Shown here one piece after another: positions 1-14,912 of a stretch of DNA of 64,000 nucleotides. Origin of the DNA: Paramecium tetraurelia (Eukaryota); NCBI GenBank assembly GCA_000165425.1, contig CT867985.1:248001-312000 (forward strand), read 5' to 3'. Every line of letters begins with the position of its first letter. Position 1 is the first letter of the stretch. A model generated the notes under the pieces. It did not search any database, had not been told where the DNA came from, and was given only the letters and a program-made list of their open reading frames with translations. The position numbers and the translations under genes were made by a program.

Positions 1-48
1 AAAGCGGATAAGAAATCAACTTATAAGGTATGTATTAACGAATATTGA
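1..48 (+). CDS. Possible 3' end of a gene entering the window (..KADKKSTYKVCINEY*)
   Basis: Frame 1 is open to TGA at 46-48 and is followed by an AT-rich spacer. Too short to identify. Confidence 0.3.
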   Translation, partial: KADKKSTYKVCINEY

Positions 49-99
49 TAATGTATATAAATATCAATCATAATATCTAAATAGAAAGTTTTAGATATT

Positions 100-519
100 T
101 CATTTATCGCAAGTCTTTTTGAGCTTATTCAATAAATGCTCTTTCATTGTTTTAACAGTATGAGATAATTAATCCAGAAAGAATTATATGGATTGACATT
201 ACTCTACTCTCTTTAAAATGGCAATGAATTCATTTTTGCTCAGAAGTCCACTTTTTTATGATTTCCTTTTACGAATTTTCCTAATTGCTTTACAGATAAC
301 AATTTCAGATTCTTTAGTGCCATAATAGTCGTGGTTGGAGAAGTTATAATCGAACAAACTTCCATTATTTGACAAGTTTTCAATAATAGATGGTTCAGGA
401 CTATGCAATCCAAACAATGATAGGCGCATATTTTGGTCCGATTATAGTAGACTAGGGTGATCTTCTTTAGTATCGATTTCTTATTCGCACTAAGAGAAGA
501 TAAAATCGTTGATCTCCAT
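100..519 (-). CDS. Hypothetical protein, 139 aa
   Basis: Intronless code-6 ORF MEINDFIFSQCEQEIDTKED...LNKLKKTCDK*, 420 nt. Confidence 0.7.
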
Positions 520-619
520 TTAGAATTATAATATATGTATCGAATATGATGAGCAATGTTATTTTAATCAAAAAACGTTATATACGTCCGCAAAAATTTA
601 ATAACTTTAATTCTCTGAT

Positions 620-1479
620 TCATTTTATTCATCTATCCAACCAGTCGTGAAAAGGATCTTATTTATCAATTTTCCATAGTTTTCATTATTTACATTTTTT
701 ATTAATACTTACTTCAAACCATACAATTCAAATAACTATAGAACATCCTTATTTTTGAGAGTATTAAATAAAAATGATATCATCTTCAGGTTGGCCTATA
801 GCTTATAAATGATACTTTTACATAAGTGATTTTCTCACATAATAATTTTATCAAATTATTATTATCCACTCTCTCTTAACAAAATTCTTCAAGCTGTTCA
901 ATTAAATTTGGATATTGCAAAATTAGCGATTCTATAAATTATAAAATACTGTATTCCTGATGTCTAACGAAAGCTCTGAGTAGCACAACGAAGGGCTAAG
1001 CATTATATTAGTACAATTACTTATGGCTCAATTATATTTGAATAATTTTATAATAAAAATATTATCTCTGCAAGCAAAGGTAAATATTCTGCATTTTCTT
1101 GTTGAGGATTCAAAAGCTGTTCTGTACAGAAGTTAAACACTTTATACATTTAATTCTAATAGGTATTATTTTTCTATATGTAAAATTTCATTGATTTTAA
1201 AATTTTGTAGGTCAATATTTGTCTTTTGCTTCCTCTGCCAATTTAAAACACTGCAAAGTAATCTGCACTTTCTTCAGAGATCTAATTGTGCTCTGAACAT
1301 GAGTCATTTTTCATATTATTAGCTTCCTATAGTTTCTCTATCTAATCACAGACAGCTTTTATTTTCATTGCTCTTTTGTATTTAAACCTTTTCTCCAACA
1401 TATCCCTTCTTAGTTTGCTCCTAAACATTTCTCTTTTTAGAGTAAGAATAGAAGAATTAGTGATCTAAGTGTTGTCCAT
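620..1479 (-). CDS. Hypothetical protein with a basic, IBB-like N-terminus
   Basis: Begins MDNTQITNSSILTLKREMFRSKLRRDMLEKRFKYKR. The 3' end is approximate and an intron is likely. Confidence 0.5.
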
Positions 1480-1675
1480 ATTAATTTATATTTATAATTA
1501 TTAATATTCTCCAAATGAATAATTTAAGGCAAGTATTATTAATTATTTTACTAATACTTCCATGGCTGTAAATTAATATTTATTTCCACTCTCTAAAGAT
1601 TGATATTTCAAACACTAAAAATGATTCTAACTTCTAGGATATATTATAATATTTAGATAAATAACTAAATAAAGT

Positions 1676-2131
1676 TCAAACTCTGGAGCCTTTTTAGTGG
1701 ACTTAGGTTATGAGTTATTGTTTCACCTGTCCGAGAAAATCCTCCATACTGTCTATCATTTATTTTATCTATTGAAATTGTTGGATTTATTGAGCTGGAT
1801 TGCTTTGTTTGACTTAAGAAAAGAAGTCCCTTGCAGCATTTAAGATTGGATTGGAAGTGGTTTTTGGTTATTTTCTATACTTTTTAGTTTTTTTGTCTAT
1901 TTTTTTGGTGATCTTGAGGATTTTTTCGACAGAGTCTAATGGATTATTGAGTTCTTATTCTTCATCTATTGTGTCAGATTAAAACGGTAATGATTGTACT
2001 GAAAAATCCTCTTGGATGTATTTCATTCTAGGAGAAGGGCGCCCCAGCAAAATAGGAGATAGCAACATTATCTGATTCGAATCCTCGTTCCAAGTATTGA
2101 GATCTTGTTCATCTGAGAATGTGTTCTCCAT
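1676..2131 (-). CDS. Hypothetical protein, 151 aa
   Basis: Code-6 ORF MENTFSDEQDLNTWNEDSNQIMLLSPILLGRPSP...QKGSRV*. Confidence 0.65.
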
Positions 2132-2446
2132 TTATAAAAAATAATTATTAAATATCTTATCATTCAACTTAGAATATAAACATCCGAATTCCTGTTAAGA
2201 ATCGTCATAATTGAAAAATAAATCCATTTAATAAAAGCATTTTCATTAATTGTCTTAAATTTTACTTTAAAATTAAATATAGTTTATATTGAAAAAGGCG
2301 TGGCTCAATATTAGTTTATAATATGTTGTTATTTATAATTACAAAATTATTTATTAATTTTTTTTTTTAAAATAAAAAAAGATCAAAATTAAAGAGTCAT
2401 GTGATATAAAATGTGTTCTAAGAGCGGGTTATTTTATTTAAAATTT

Positions 2447-2980
2447 ATGTCTTCTGCTTGTTAAGATAGTTCGACTAGAGGCATTTTCTAGAAGTAATTA
2501 TTCTACTCAATTCTCGCTTAGGGCAAAAAGCAACAACAATTATGAGTAAGTAAATGAGGAGAAGAAGAAAACAGAGATTTGCAAGAACTTTCTTTTCAAG
2601 GGGTCCTGCAAATATCAGGAGAATGTACAGATAATTAAAATTAGTGTTCATTCGCCCATGGAGACAACGAATTAAGAGATAGAGTACCTGCGAATGAGAA
2701 CTTCAAAACAAAGCCATGCAAGAACTATCATAAGTTTGGAACTTGCTCCTATGGATTAAGGTGTTAATACTTGCACTCGGAAATAAAGGACAAGATTAAA
2801 TGGTGGGGCTACTTACAGAAATAGTTTAAAAAGAATATGGTTCCATTTACTTTTCCATGGGAAAAGCAAGACAAGACATCATAGATCTAAAGAATAGACA
2901 TTCTGAGATTTTAAAGAGTATTTAAAGATTATCAAGAGGTAGAATAATAACTATCATATTTTAAAAACCTTTGTGTATGA
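2447..2980 (+). CDS. Tandem CCCH zinc-finger protein (TTP/ZFP36-like RNA-binding)
   Basis: Contains KTEICKNFLFKGSCKYQEN/CSFAHG and FKTKPCKNYHKFGTCSYGLRCQYLH. Two small GT-AG introns (28 and 20 nt) restore the frame. Confidence 0.9.
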
Positions 2981-3038
2981 GGAATTTATGTTTTAATAAT
3001 AATAATAATAAGCTATAAATATATGAACAATTTAGGAC

Positions 3039-3471
3039 TCACTTGATCTTCTTAAATTCAGCATTATTCTTTAAGATTGCCTGATAGAAGGTGTCCTATA
3101 ATTTGAAGGCTTTTTCTCTTAAATCTTCCATGCATTTCTTTAAGCACATGTTTTGTTTGAGGTTATCCTATTGGTAGGAGTCTTTGCATTTTTATTAGCA
3201 TCCTTGATCTTCAATTTCAATCTTGTTGAATGACTATTGCAATTGGACTGAGTTCGATTACATTCTCTCATCAATGGCAGCAAAACATTTATAATACAAA
3301 TCAGGCTATTATGAATTTTATTTGAAACAATTGATTTTCTCATCCAAAGTTTATTTCTATTGTGAAACAGAATAGTACTTAATAAAGGTTGTAATGAGGA
3401 CTGTATTTATTTCGTAGATCTGTAGTTAAATTCTTGTACATCATCCTAATCTCTGTTTATTAATCGTCCAT
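3039..3471 (-). CDS. FAM136A/DUF842-like Cx3C protein
   Basis: After one 22-nt intron: ..KINCF..YKCF..GCQQKCKD..MCLKKCMED... Cys spacing and size (about 136 aa) resemble FAM136A. Confidence 0.6.
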
Positions 3472-3504
3472 AATTAAATAATTTTATTTATTAAAAACAA
3501 TATG

Positions 3505-4750
3505 TCATTTATTTTTAATTGGATCTGCATTAGATGCTTTGTCATCTGGCTTCTCTGGGTCTGCTTCGTAAGCCCAAAATTGAAGAAGAGATTTGTCTAG
3601 ATAAGCCTTGATTAGAACACTCAAGGTGCATCCTGGAACTAAAAACAACAATGCTGGTTAAGGATGGCCTGATAAAATCATAACAGCCAAAGTAGTCACA
3701 ATTCCTATAGCATAACCTACAAAACACCACAAGAAATAAGTGATTTTGATTTCAGAAATCTTCTTTACTTTTTCAATCTATCTATCCACATCATATTTAA
3801 GACACATGCCAACAAAGATTCCAGGCACAACAATATCACCCAAACCTAAAATACTGTATTTTGTAAATGGATTTCCTTCATCATTCAAAGCAGTAAATGG
3901 GAATTATAATTTGATAGGAGCATCAATGGACTTTGCAACTGTAACCATCACATCAGTTCCATAAACCCAGAAAATATCATAGAAAAAGAGTCCCCAAAGC
4001 ATCAGGTAAACAATCTTAATAATAATTACATTATATATCTATACCTTGAAATTTGGAATCACTGTAAAATTTGCAACTCCTGAAACTGTGAAGGCAATGC
4101 CAAATAGATTGTTGCAAATCCAATTTTTAGATCCTAAATACACACCCAAGGGAAGCATTGAAACAAGGAATGATATGAAATTCAACTTAGTTAATTGGAT
4201 ATCAATTTCCTTGCTTGTAAATATCAAATTTAAATTGAATTTCTTTTCTACTACTATTTTAGTAGAGTAATCAATTGGGAATAATCTTTCGATTGCATCT
4301 TCTATGATTCCCATCAAACATAAGACCTTGAAATTTAATTGAATTTCATTACTCCTACTGCTGAGAAAAACAAAGTTATGCCAGTCTTGAGAAATGCTTC
4401 ATCTAAATATTTCAACAATAGATAGAGTCCAAATAAATAGGCAGATAAATAGAGTGGAAATTGTAGAGCATCCTTTTATGTCATTTTATCTTCTTATTAT
4501 TTCTCCTCCTTCTCCAACTTGTTGTTTTCTATTTTTAATTTAAATATGTACCTTTGTTATATTTTATTTTGGATGTTGCCATAGCTCCTATATAGAGACA
4601 AGCCAAAGATTGAACGACTAATTAAACACCCGCTGGAACCTCTGTAATTAGTGGCAACACGTGGATAAACAATAAACTTGCCAAAGACAAGTACACATAT
4701 TGTGGTCTTAAGAAATGGGTTACAGGTTTGAACTCTTCGGTAGGAGCCAT
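3505..4750 (-). CDS. SPP: Signal peptide peptidase (GxGD aspartyl protease, A22B)
   Basis: Contains the YDIFWV and LGLGDIVVPG motifs plus multiple TM segments, with small introns. Confidence 0.93.
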
Positions 4751-4782
4751 TTTTTTACACGTATTAAAAATAATTTTATTAT

Positions 4783-5424
4783 ATGCTTACAAAATAATTC
4801 CAATTATTGAGAAGTGTTGCATTCTTTTCAAGAGTTAAAGTAGGATTGAATAGTGAAATTTATGTTAGAAAATCACATAAATACTTACACTCTATCTATG
4901 AGAAAGAATCACCAATCGAAAATGCATAATAAATTGTTAAGGACTTTAATTTGACCTTGGGATAAAGGTATTAACATGGATTTGAACCTGAAGAAATGAA
5001 AGATGCATCACCCTTAGTTCAAAAAGCTTTTGGACTTAATAATGCGACTGATGGTTAAATTGTTGCTTATCGAATTTAATAAGCAATTAAAAAATATCAA
5101 AAATGGCCATTAGACACAGCAAGTGCATTAGTCAAGGCTGCAGTTTTGAATGAGAGAGTTATCTCATTAATGAATCATATGGAAAAAAACAGATAGGACA
5201 AATATTGTGCTTTGACACTTACAAAATTATTAGCAGCTAGAAGAACGGCCATGTATTATTTGAGAACTCATGACTATTAAGGATTTCTTTGGTTAGTTGC
5301 TGATTATGGTTTGAAAGATCTCAAATATCATAATCATAATTACTTAAGACACAGACATGTAGCTGCTACCAAAACCAAAAGATATACAAGAAAAGACACA
5401 AACAGAACAAGATGGGCATTATGA
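4783..5424 (+). CDS. Mitochondrial ribosomal protein uS15-like
   Basis: Intronless, 213 aa, with a presequence-like N-terminus. DTASALVKAAVLNERVISLMNHMEKNRQDK...LLAARRTAMYYLR matches the S15 core. Confidence 0.8.
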
Positions 5425-5822
5425 TATATATATATATTAGTATATTATGCAATCAAATAACAATAAAATAGTTGTGATATATTGATATTGTCTCTTTTTT
5501 TTAATTAATTCTAATTCCTTCAATCTGTTTATTTTCTATTTTAATTTTATCCATTTAGCATTCTTTTCGGAAACCTTAATAAATTGTTTTAAATAAATAG
5601 AAATCTTTTTAATTTTTGAAGATTATGTTATAAGATGATTTCCATTTATTTCATTAAAAGTGAAAATATGTCATGATTTAACATTTTTAGAGAATTGTTT
5701 AAGTAGATAAGTCTTAAATAACTTAGAATTGGAGAGTATTAAGTGATAGAGGACTTAGTGGTATTGGATAGACATGTAATATAAATTATAATTTTCTTAA
5801 CTTATTTTATTATATTATCACA

Positions 5823-7635
<1,813 letters not shown>

Positions 7636-7708
7636 ATTCATATATTAAATAATTTAATTTTGAAATTAAAAATTTTAATAAAAATATAAAATGCATTAAT
7701 TTTATGAT

Positions 7709-9172
7709 TCAATTTAGTATCAAGATAGAGTTGTTAACTCTGTTGATATTAGAAATCTCTCCTTCTTTATATCAATCTCCAAGCAAAACTCAGAACAATC
7801 CAACTAATCAATCTTTGTTGTTCTAGAGGCAACCTAATAGAAAAATAAAGCATATATTCCAATTCCACATAACCAAATCAAATAATAATTATAATTTTCT
7901 AATAGGTATTAAATCAGCCCTTCAAAAATGAATTAGAATGTTATACCAGTTGCTAAATATATGCATATTCATACATAACAAGGCAATGAATGTTGCTGAT
8001 ATTGAACTTTTAGTGTTTTTGTAGATATAAGAGTATGCCAATGTGATATTAATCAAATTTAACAACCAAACACTTATTAGTGATATTTTCAATAGCAAAT
8101 CTCTATATGGAAATAGTAAACCTTCCTCATTTGCAAGTAAGCAAATTATGAAAACTCCTGAGATTACTAAAAATATCGCAATTTTACTTACTAATTTCAT
8201 ATATTGAAAACACAACAATTAGTCTTATTTCTAATACATTAGCCTTAATCATTTTTGTCATATAATAAGGGAGTGCACAAGCTATAGGAAATGCTAAGAT
8301 TTCAAGAAATTGAATTTATTTTTCAGTAAATGAAGTCTTTTTCATATGTAGATGAGCTAAATTGATAGGCATCTGTCCAATTCGAAAAAAAAAGAAAAAA
8401 AGAAATAGGATAATCAAATAACGATTAGAAAAAGCGTTAAATGCTGCCTTATATGTCTCCATAACCTAATATGGATTATTAAAAATACATCTTAATTATT
8501 CGTATTTTCTTTGTAGATGATGAAACAACAAGCTACTGCCAGTCCTATTGATAGGTATGATAAATCTTGGAATGCAACTTAAAATTATAGCAATAATATC
8601 CATACTTTATAATGTAATGTATGGAATTTCCTGAGGACTAGTGTAGATATAAGTGTTACAGAAATCAAGAGAGTTAAACATTTAAAAGATGTAAGCTCCA
8701 ATAAAACCACCAATGATAATTCCTAAAAATTAAGCTACTGCCCCATATCCTCTATCTTCTCTATCTAAACTTTCAACAAGCCATGCTGCTATGATTAAAT
8801 CAATAAGCGATTAAACACAAAAAATCCAAAATAAATTCCAAAACAACGTTGACTAATCCAAAGTTTAAAAGTTTGAAATATATAGCAATACTCTAACTTA
8901 TTATTTTTATGAACATACCCTAGAAAAGCATATAAAATTGTTAATTAACTTCTTCTTCTACCAAACTTCTCTAAGCTTATTGAATCTATCAAAGGTGCAA
9001 GTATATATCTAAATAGATAAGGTAAGAGAATCAAAAATGAAAATTTATAAGTGTTTATTTCAGCACCTTTCTCTTTGAGCTCGGATGGCACACTTTATAA
9101 ACTCAATCCTAACAAGATTCCTTCATGACAATAAAGTATTGAAAGGGGCACTAAATTATTGATGAAAACCAT
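7709..9172 (-). CDS. MFS transporter, acetyl-CoA transporter AT-1/AmpG-like
   Basis: LYCHEGILLGL..SVP and LPYLFRYILAPLIDSISLEKFGRRRS resemble the AT-1 motif APxVDS..FGRRKS. Many TM segments. Confidence 0.7.
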
Positions 9173-9197
9173 TATGTAATAATTTAAATAAAAATAC

Positions 9198-10182
9198 TCA
9201 TGTATAATATGGATCTTGAGCAGATTTTTTACGAAGAAAGAAATCGCGTGAATAGTCTTTTGGGTTTTTTATCTTACTCTAAAAGAATTGATGATCGTCA
9301 GAATTCTAAAACATTAGGATATTATTTATTACTTTAGATAGAGATTTTCTTCTTTTAAAGAAATCATATTGGAAATCTTCTTCTTCAGTGTTACTACTTA
9401 GTTCTGAAGAGGAATGAGTTGCTTATAAATCAAATTGAGGTCTAGGTTATGATTTCAAATCCTTACAATTATAATTTTTATAATTACTTTTTGACATTTG
9501 CATTTTCCTTAGATCATCTCCAAAGATTTCTTTAGAGCCAACAATGAATTTTCATTATCTATCTTCTATTTTACTAAAAGCTCTTCCAACCATTCATTTT
9601 TTTAAATCAATTATGAGACTTCACTTTAGAATTCCTTCTACATTAGTTTAACTTTATTTTTCAATTCGTGTTCTCTTTATTTATAACGATTCAACTCATT
9701 GGCCAATAATCTGTTTGATAGATTGAGTTCCTTGATTTTTTGATCTTGCTGAGTATTCTTTTTTACTCCAGGTCTGAAATGAAGTTCTGATTGTCTGTGA
9801 TATTCTATTGCATTTTCCACAAATTTTAAGAAATCAGATTCAGTTGATTTGGTTTCTCTTTAAACTGATTCTCTCATAAAATCACTATCACTTTTAGAAT
9901 TGTTCAACTTAAAAAACTAATCAAATAATTTTTCTCCTTCCAATTCTTCCAAATCTGTTATTGGAGTACCTTGTCTATAAGTATTCTACAAAGAAGATTT
10001 TGCTCTTTAGTGTTTTTATGTATCTGAAGGATTATGTTAAAACATAAGATTATCTTAACGTAATCCAAATGACTATTAATCATTTGGAGTCCTCATTTAT
10101 CTGAGTTCTCTAGAATTGATTAACTGTAATATATACTTGCATAGTTGATAGTTTGCTTTCCTGACAGTTAACTAAGTGACAT
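9198..10182 (-). CDS. Hypothetical low-complexity/coiled-coil protein
   Basis: Long code-6 open stretches starting MSLSQLSGKQTINY. Exon structure is not fully resolved. Confidence 0.5.
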
Positions 10183-10200
10183 TTTAATTAAAAAATAATA

Positions 10201-11583
10201 ATGAATAAATCCCAAATACAATATTGCACTCGTCAACATAAAGCTGGTCAAGAGAGGATTATCTCAATTTGCATGAATAAACATTGTCAGATTAGATTAG
10301 CATGTAGCTATTGTTATTAGGATTATCATTTAAATCATGTTCAAGATCTGATACCAATAAAAGAATTCGAAGCAGTAGCTTTGAATACTTATAATGAATA
10401 GAAGCATTTTGAATTTATTAGTTTAATAGATGAAAAAGCAAAGATTTTGTAGAGTTTGAAAAACAAATTGCATGAGTATGTTTCTCAATTGGAAGCAGAA
10501 TTCAATTTGGATTGTGACAATTTAATATAGAGTTTTGTTTATATTTAGAATACACTACTTAAACTGTGTCACTGCCATTAACATTCTATCAAAGAGGAAG
10601 AATTATTGACTGTCATTAATAGATATAGTAATGTTGAATATAATTCAATTAAGCAATCTATCATGTCACAATTGAATAGACCAATAGAATGCATTATGAA
10701 ATTGCATGATATTGTGAGTAAAGAGTGCAAAATGATTTAGAGAAAGAAATTTATAAATTCTTATATTTAGGAGAAGGAATTATAAAACTTTTATTAAGAA
10801 AATGTATTGGATTATAAAATGGCACCCAAGAAACACTCCTTGATAAGAGGAACCATGTTTACATAGGAATTTATGGAGTTGGAAGGCAAAAACAAACATT
10901 ATTATGGTGAGATTCATAAAGGAGTGCCTTATGGTCAAGGGATACTCATTCAAATAGATGATCAAAAGATAGAAGAAGGAATTTGGATTGATGGAAATTT
11001 ATCATGGGGATAAAGATCAATTTAATTAAAAGGTGTGCCCTCTATAGTGTGTGGTGAAATGATTGATGGAGTTATTAATGGCTTAGGCAAAATGATATGC
11101 AAAGATGGTGATTCGTAATTAAAATTAAGTTATATCTAATAGTTATACGGGAGAATGGATTAATGGATAGAAGCATGGAATGGGAATATATAAGTATGCA
11201 AATGGTGACATGTATAAAGGAGAATTTAAATTCGATTTGAAGGATGGATAGGGTACATATAAAGCTCATAATGGGGATATTTACATTGGTTAATTTGAGA
11301 AAGGGATTAAAAATGGGGATGGGAAGTACATTTCTAAAAAAGAGGATACTTATATTGGGAAATTTAAGGATGACAAAATAGATGGAGAGGGTACATATAA
11401 ATATCATGACGGGAAGATGTATGATGAAATATAATTTTGGTTAGTCAATAAGGAATGCATAAGAATGGTCATCCAACTGGAGTGCATATGATATATAAAA
11501 ATGACTTACATCATCCAATTTAATAGATTACGTATGATGATGATGGAAAAGTGATTGAAACAATAAATTTATAAAAATAATGA
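10201..11583 (+). CDS. MORN-repeat protein with N-terminal Cys/His zinc-binding region
   Basis: N-terminus CTRQH..ICMNKHC..ACSYCYQDYH, followed by repeats such as [28 protein letters not shown]. Confidence 0.88.
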
Positions 11584-12260
11584 AATTTCTGATACTAGCA
11601 ATCTCTCTCTTCATAGTCAATAGTAGTAGGTTGACTGCAGATATTTATGTGGAGTCCCTTTGCCCTTATTGCATGATGTTTATTAAAGATTCACTTTATA
11701 CGGCAATTACAACTCCAGACATCGAATAAATGGTTCACATAAGATTAATTCCTTACGGAAATACTAAAAGAAAAATTGTCGCTGGAAAATGGGTGTTCAC
11801 TTGCCAACATGGCGAAACTGAATGCTATGGGGATTTGATTGAATTATGTGCACAAGATAGTATAGTCAAAGCATTGGGAGCTGCAGCAGCAGAAATTCCT
11901 AAGGCTGGAGTTGTCCATTGCATGGAAGACTTTATTTAGAAGCCTTATACAAATAACTCATTTGTTTAAGCAGCATACCATTGCCAATAATATTATCCAT
12001 ATGATGCAAATGAGGTCATCAATTGTGCTAGTGTATTAATTTAATGATATCCCTAGAATTCAAATGGAGAATTGTTACATTTAGTTGCTGCTGATGAAAC
12101 TGATAATCTTATTCCCAAACATCTGGGAGTTCCTTGGGCAGTGGCTAATAAGAAATATACTGAAGAATCTGGCGATGAAATCATCAATAATTTGCTTAGA
12201 TGGGCATGTCAAAATTATGATGGAGAAAAAATTGCAGCATGTTATACTTAACAGGAATGA
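11580..12260 (+). CDS. GILT (gamma-interferon-inducible lysosomal thiol reductase) family
   Basis: Signal peptide MKFLILAISLFIV, YVESLCPYC (CxxC), LIPYGN and FTCQHGETEC. Confidence 0.92.
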
Positions 12261-12465
12261 TTTATTCAAGTTATAGAATTACATAAACTAAACTGTTTTT
12301 AGTATTTCAGAATCTCCAAATACTTAAATTGAATTTCTAAACTCTCATCTATAAAACCGATGTTGTACTACAAATATTGGACTTTATTATAAAATAATTA
12401 TAGTTTAAATGAGAGGGAGCTTAGAGTATATGTCAATATTCAATGATTATATTATTATATAAATA

Positions 12466-12789
12466 TCAGCCATTTCGTATTGTATTCAGTTCGGCCTTGA
12501 GGGACAGAGATAACAATTGAGAAATTGCAGCTTCTAAGACAAGTTCTAAATATAAACATACTTTTACCTCCTTCTGAATCAGCAAGACTTGATGATTAAT
12601 GCAATCCATATACATTATTTAATCTTAAGGCAGCCAATGTTGAGCACAATCTAAACTAGCTATTTACTGATTAATTAACTCTAAAAATTATGCTATTGTA
12701 TTTTACAATCTAATGGCAATCTTAATTTGTTGAGTTTGCACCGTTGAATAACTAACAAATTATTTTGCTAAAGCAAAGAATCCCCGCAT
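12466..12789 (-). CDS. Small hypothetical protein (93 aa), possibly mitochondrial
   Basis: MRGFFALAKQFVSYST... Removing two GT-AG introns (20 and 22 nt) gives exactly 94 codons ending in TGA. Confidence 0.55.
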
Positions 12790-13155
12790 GTTAAATTTAA
12801 TTATTTAAATAAATTTAATGTTAAAAACTAAACATAGGAATAATTATTATACATATAGCATATCCATATCTCAATTTTTCATCGTTTCACAAGTACTTTA
12901 GAGACTCTTTTGTGATTTCTATTAATTTTGTATCATTTTATTCTGATTTAGCTAACAGATATCCAACAAAGAATTCTACTGAAAATATTTAAATGGAAAA
13001 TACTCAATATGCTTTAATAAATATTACTCTATTAATAAATGGAATATTTTATTGTAGTCTATCAATTACTATTGTAATTCTATTTTAGGTATTTCAATCA
13101 GAATTCTACCTATATTTATATATAATCAGATAAATATATTATATTAATAAAAAAT

Positions 13156-13740
13156 ATGATACATTTGCCTACAATAGATTTGATTTCTTTACCAAAACCT
13201 AATGAAAATGAAAAAAATGAACACTCTCTTGATTTTAGAAAGTTTAAACTCAATAAGATTACCAAAATGAATCATTCACTTTAAATTAAGTTAAATATAG
13301 TTAATAAAGAATCAAACGCCAAAAATTAAGTGGCTTTTGGATCTTCCTAAGAAAGGAGAAGGCCCTCAGGAAAAAAGTTTCCTCCATTATAATATAATTT
13401 AAATTTTAAGTCTGTTGATAGACATCAAGCATCTCCAAAACTCAGAACAATAAGGAGTACAAGAATAAAATCCGAAGTCTCATAATAATTTTGTGAACGA
13501 TTTCCTTATTCCATTCTTAAAACCGAAACCATAGAATAAACTATTTAACCAACAAAATTAAATTGTCTATAAAAATTGATAAAGAAAGTGAAAACTCCTA
13601 TGATTGAATTGAAATCTAATATCATACTCAAATAGGATGAATTCATACCAATGAGTTCAAAAGAACTTAAATAAAGCTTAGTATCTCTTATGTAAAGAAT
13701 TTAAATATTTTAGGCAGAAGTATGGTATAAGATAGAATGA
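13156..13740 (+). CDS. Hypothetical basic protein, 194 aa
   Basis: Intronless code-6 ORF MIHLPTIDLISLPKP...FIPMSSKELKQSL...WYKIE*. Confidence 0.7.
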
Positions 13741-14230
13741 GATTAGAAAATGAATCATATTGTTAATTTTTATTTAAACTGATTTTATGCATAATATTAT
13801 ATTCCACTCAAACATGTGGATAAAATCTCATGTGTTTTATTAAAAATTGAAATCTGCACAATATCAACTTAATAATTATTAATTTTATAACATTTACTTC
13901 ATTAGTTATTAGGCTAGTCAATATTTGTATACAGTACTTATCTAAATTTAGAGACTGAATGCATTATTCAAATAATCTAAACACTTTTTGAGGAGGGTTA
14001 TAAATAATATCTTATAAGTTTTTATAAATTCCTAAATATAAATATTATTTATAAAGTAGTATTATAATTATTATGAAAATGCTTATACAGCTTGATTTAA
14101 ATCATTTTCTTAAGAAACTATTTTTAGGTATTTTTAAATTAGTGCATTGATTTTATTTGCATCTTAAGATCCCAAGGAACTTATTTAAACTTTTATCTTT
14201 TTATTAAAATTTTAAAGGTTTTTGATTCAA

Positions 14231-14765
14231 ATGAACTCTAGAGAAAATGATCTTGAAACACCATGTCATATTACTTTTAAAAGATTCTATATAAAAAAAG
14301 TCACTATAAACAGAAGACCACAGCTTCTTCAATAGACAATCAAGGAGAGACCAAAAATAGCATTTGGGTGCAACATCAAATGTGCCCTCAAGGATCGTTC
14401 AGAACAACCGAGCCTATTTTATGATAAAAAGTACACTTGCATTGATAAACATCATGGAGTGCCATTAATATAGAGTGCAAGAAATAGTAGGACCAAGAGT
14501 GAGTATGACGGAAACGAAAAAAATAAAAAGACTTATAAATTCGATGAGTTTTAAAATTCAAAGAGTTTGTCCCTATCATTCTAACCATAAAAATATGGTT
14601 AAAAAAAGAAAGTACCAATCCATTCGGACCCACTTAATTATTTGAATAAATTTCTCCCTATGACTTCCAGGTAGCTGAAGGAGAGCTTCATTATGTTATT
14701 GTAAGAATTAAATTTAAGCAAGGAAAAAACACTAATCGGGCCATATAAATTTGGAATAAAAATGA
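14231..14765 (+). CDS. Hypothetical basic protein, probable distant paralog of the upstream gene
   Basis: MNSRENDLETPCH..KIAFG..FLPMTSRQLKESF. The 3' end assumes one 22-nt intron. Confidence 0.6.
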
Positions 14766-14912
14766 AAATTTTCTTTACATAGCATTTTAATAATATCCTT
14801 AAATATAAAGAATTTTTTAATAATTGTTCATAAATTTAATTTTTAAATGATAGATTACATAATGCTAATATAAATGAATGGTATTTGATAGTAGATATAT
14901 TTCAATTTCATA

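Noticed and set aside
4838..4870. Possible GT..AG intron in the uS15 gene
   Set aside because: The unspliced frame is open and gives a complete 213-aa protein, whereas splicing creates a TGA.
11140..11420. Periodic nucleotide repeats of about 69 nt (also at 22750-23400)
   Set aside because: Explained by 23-aa MORN repeats. Not CRISPR or satellite DNA.
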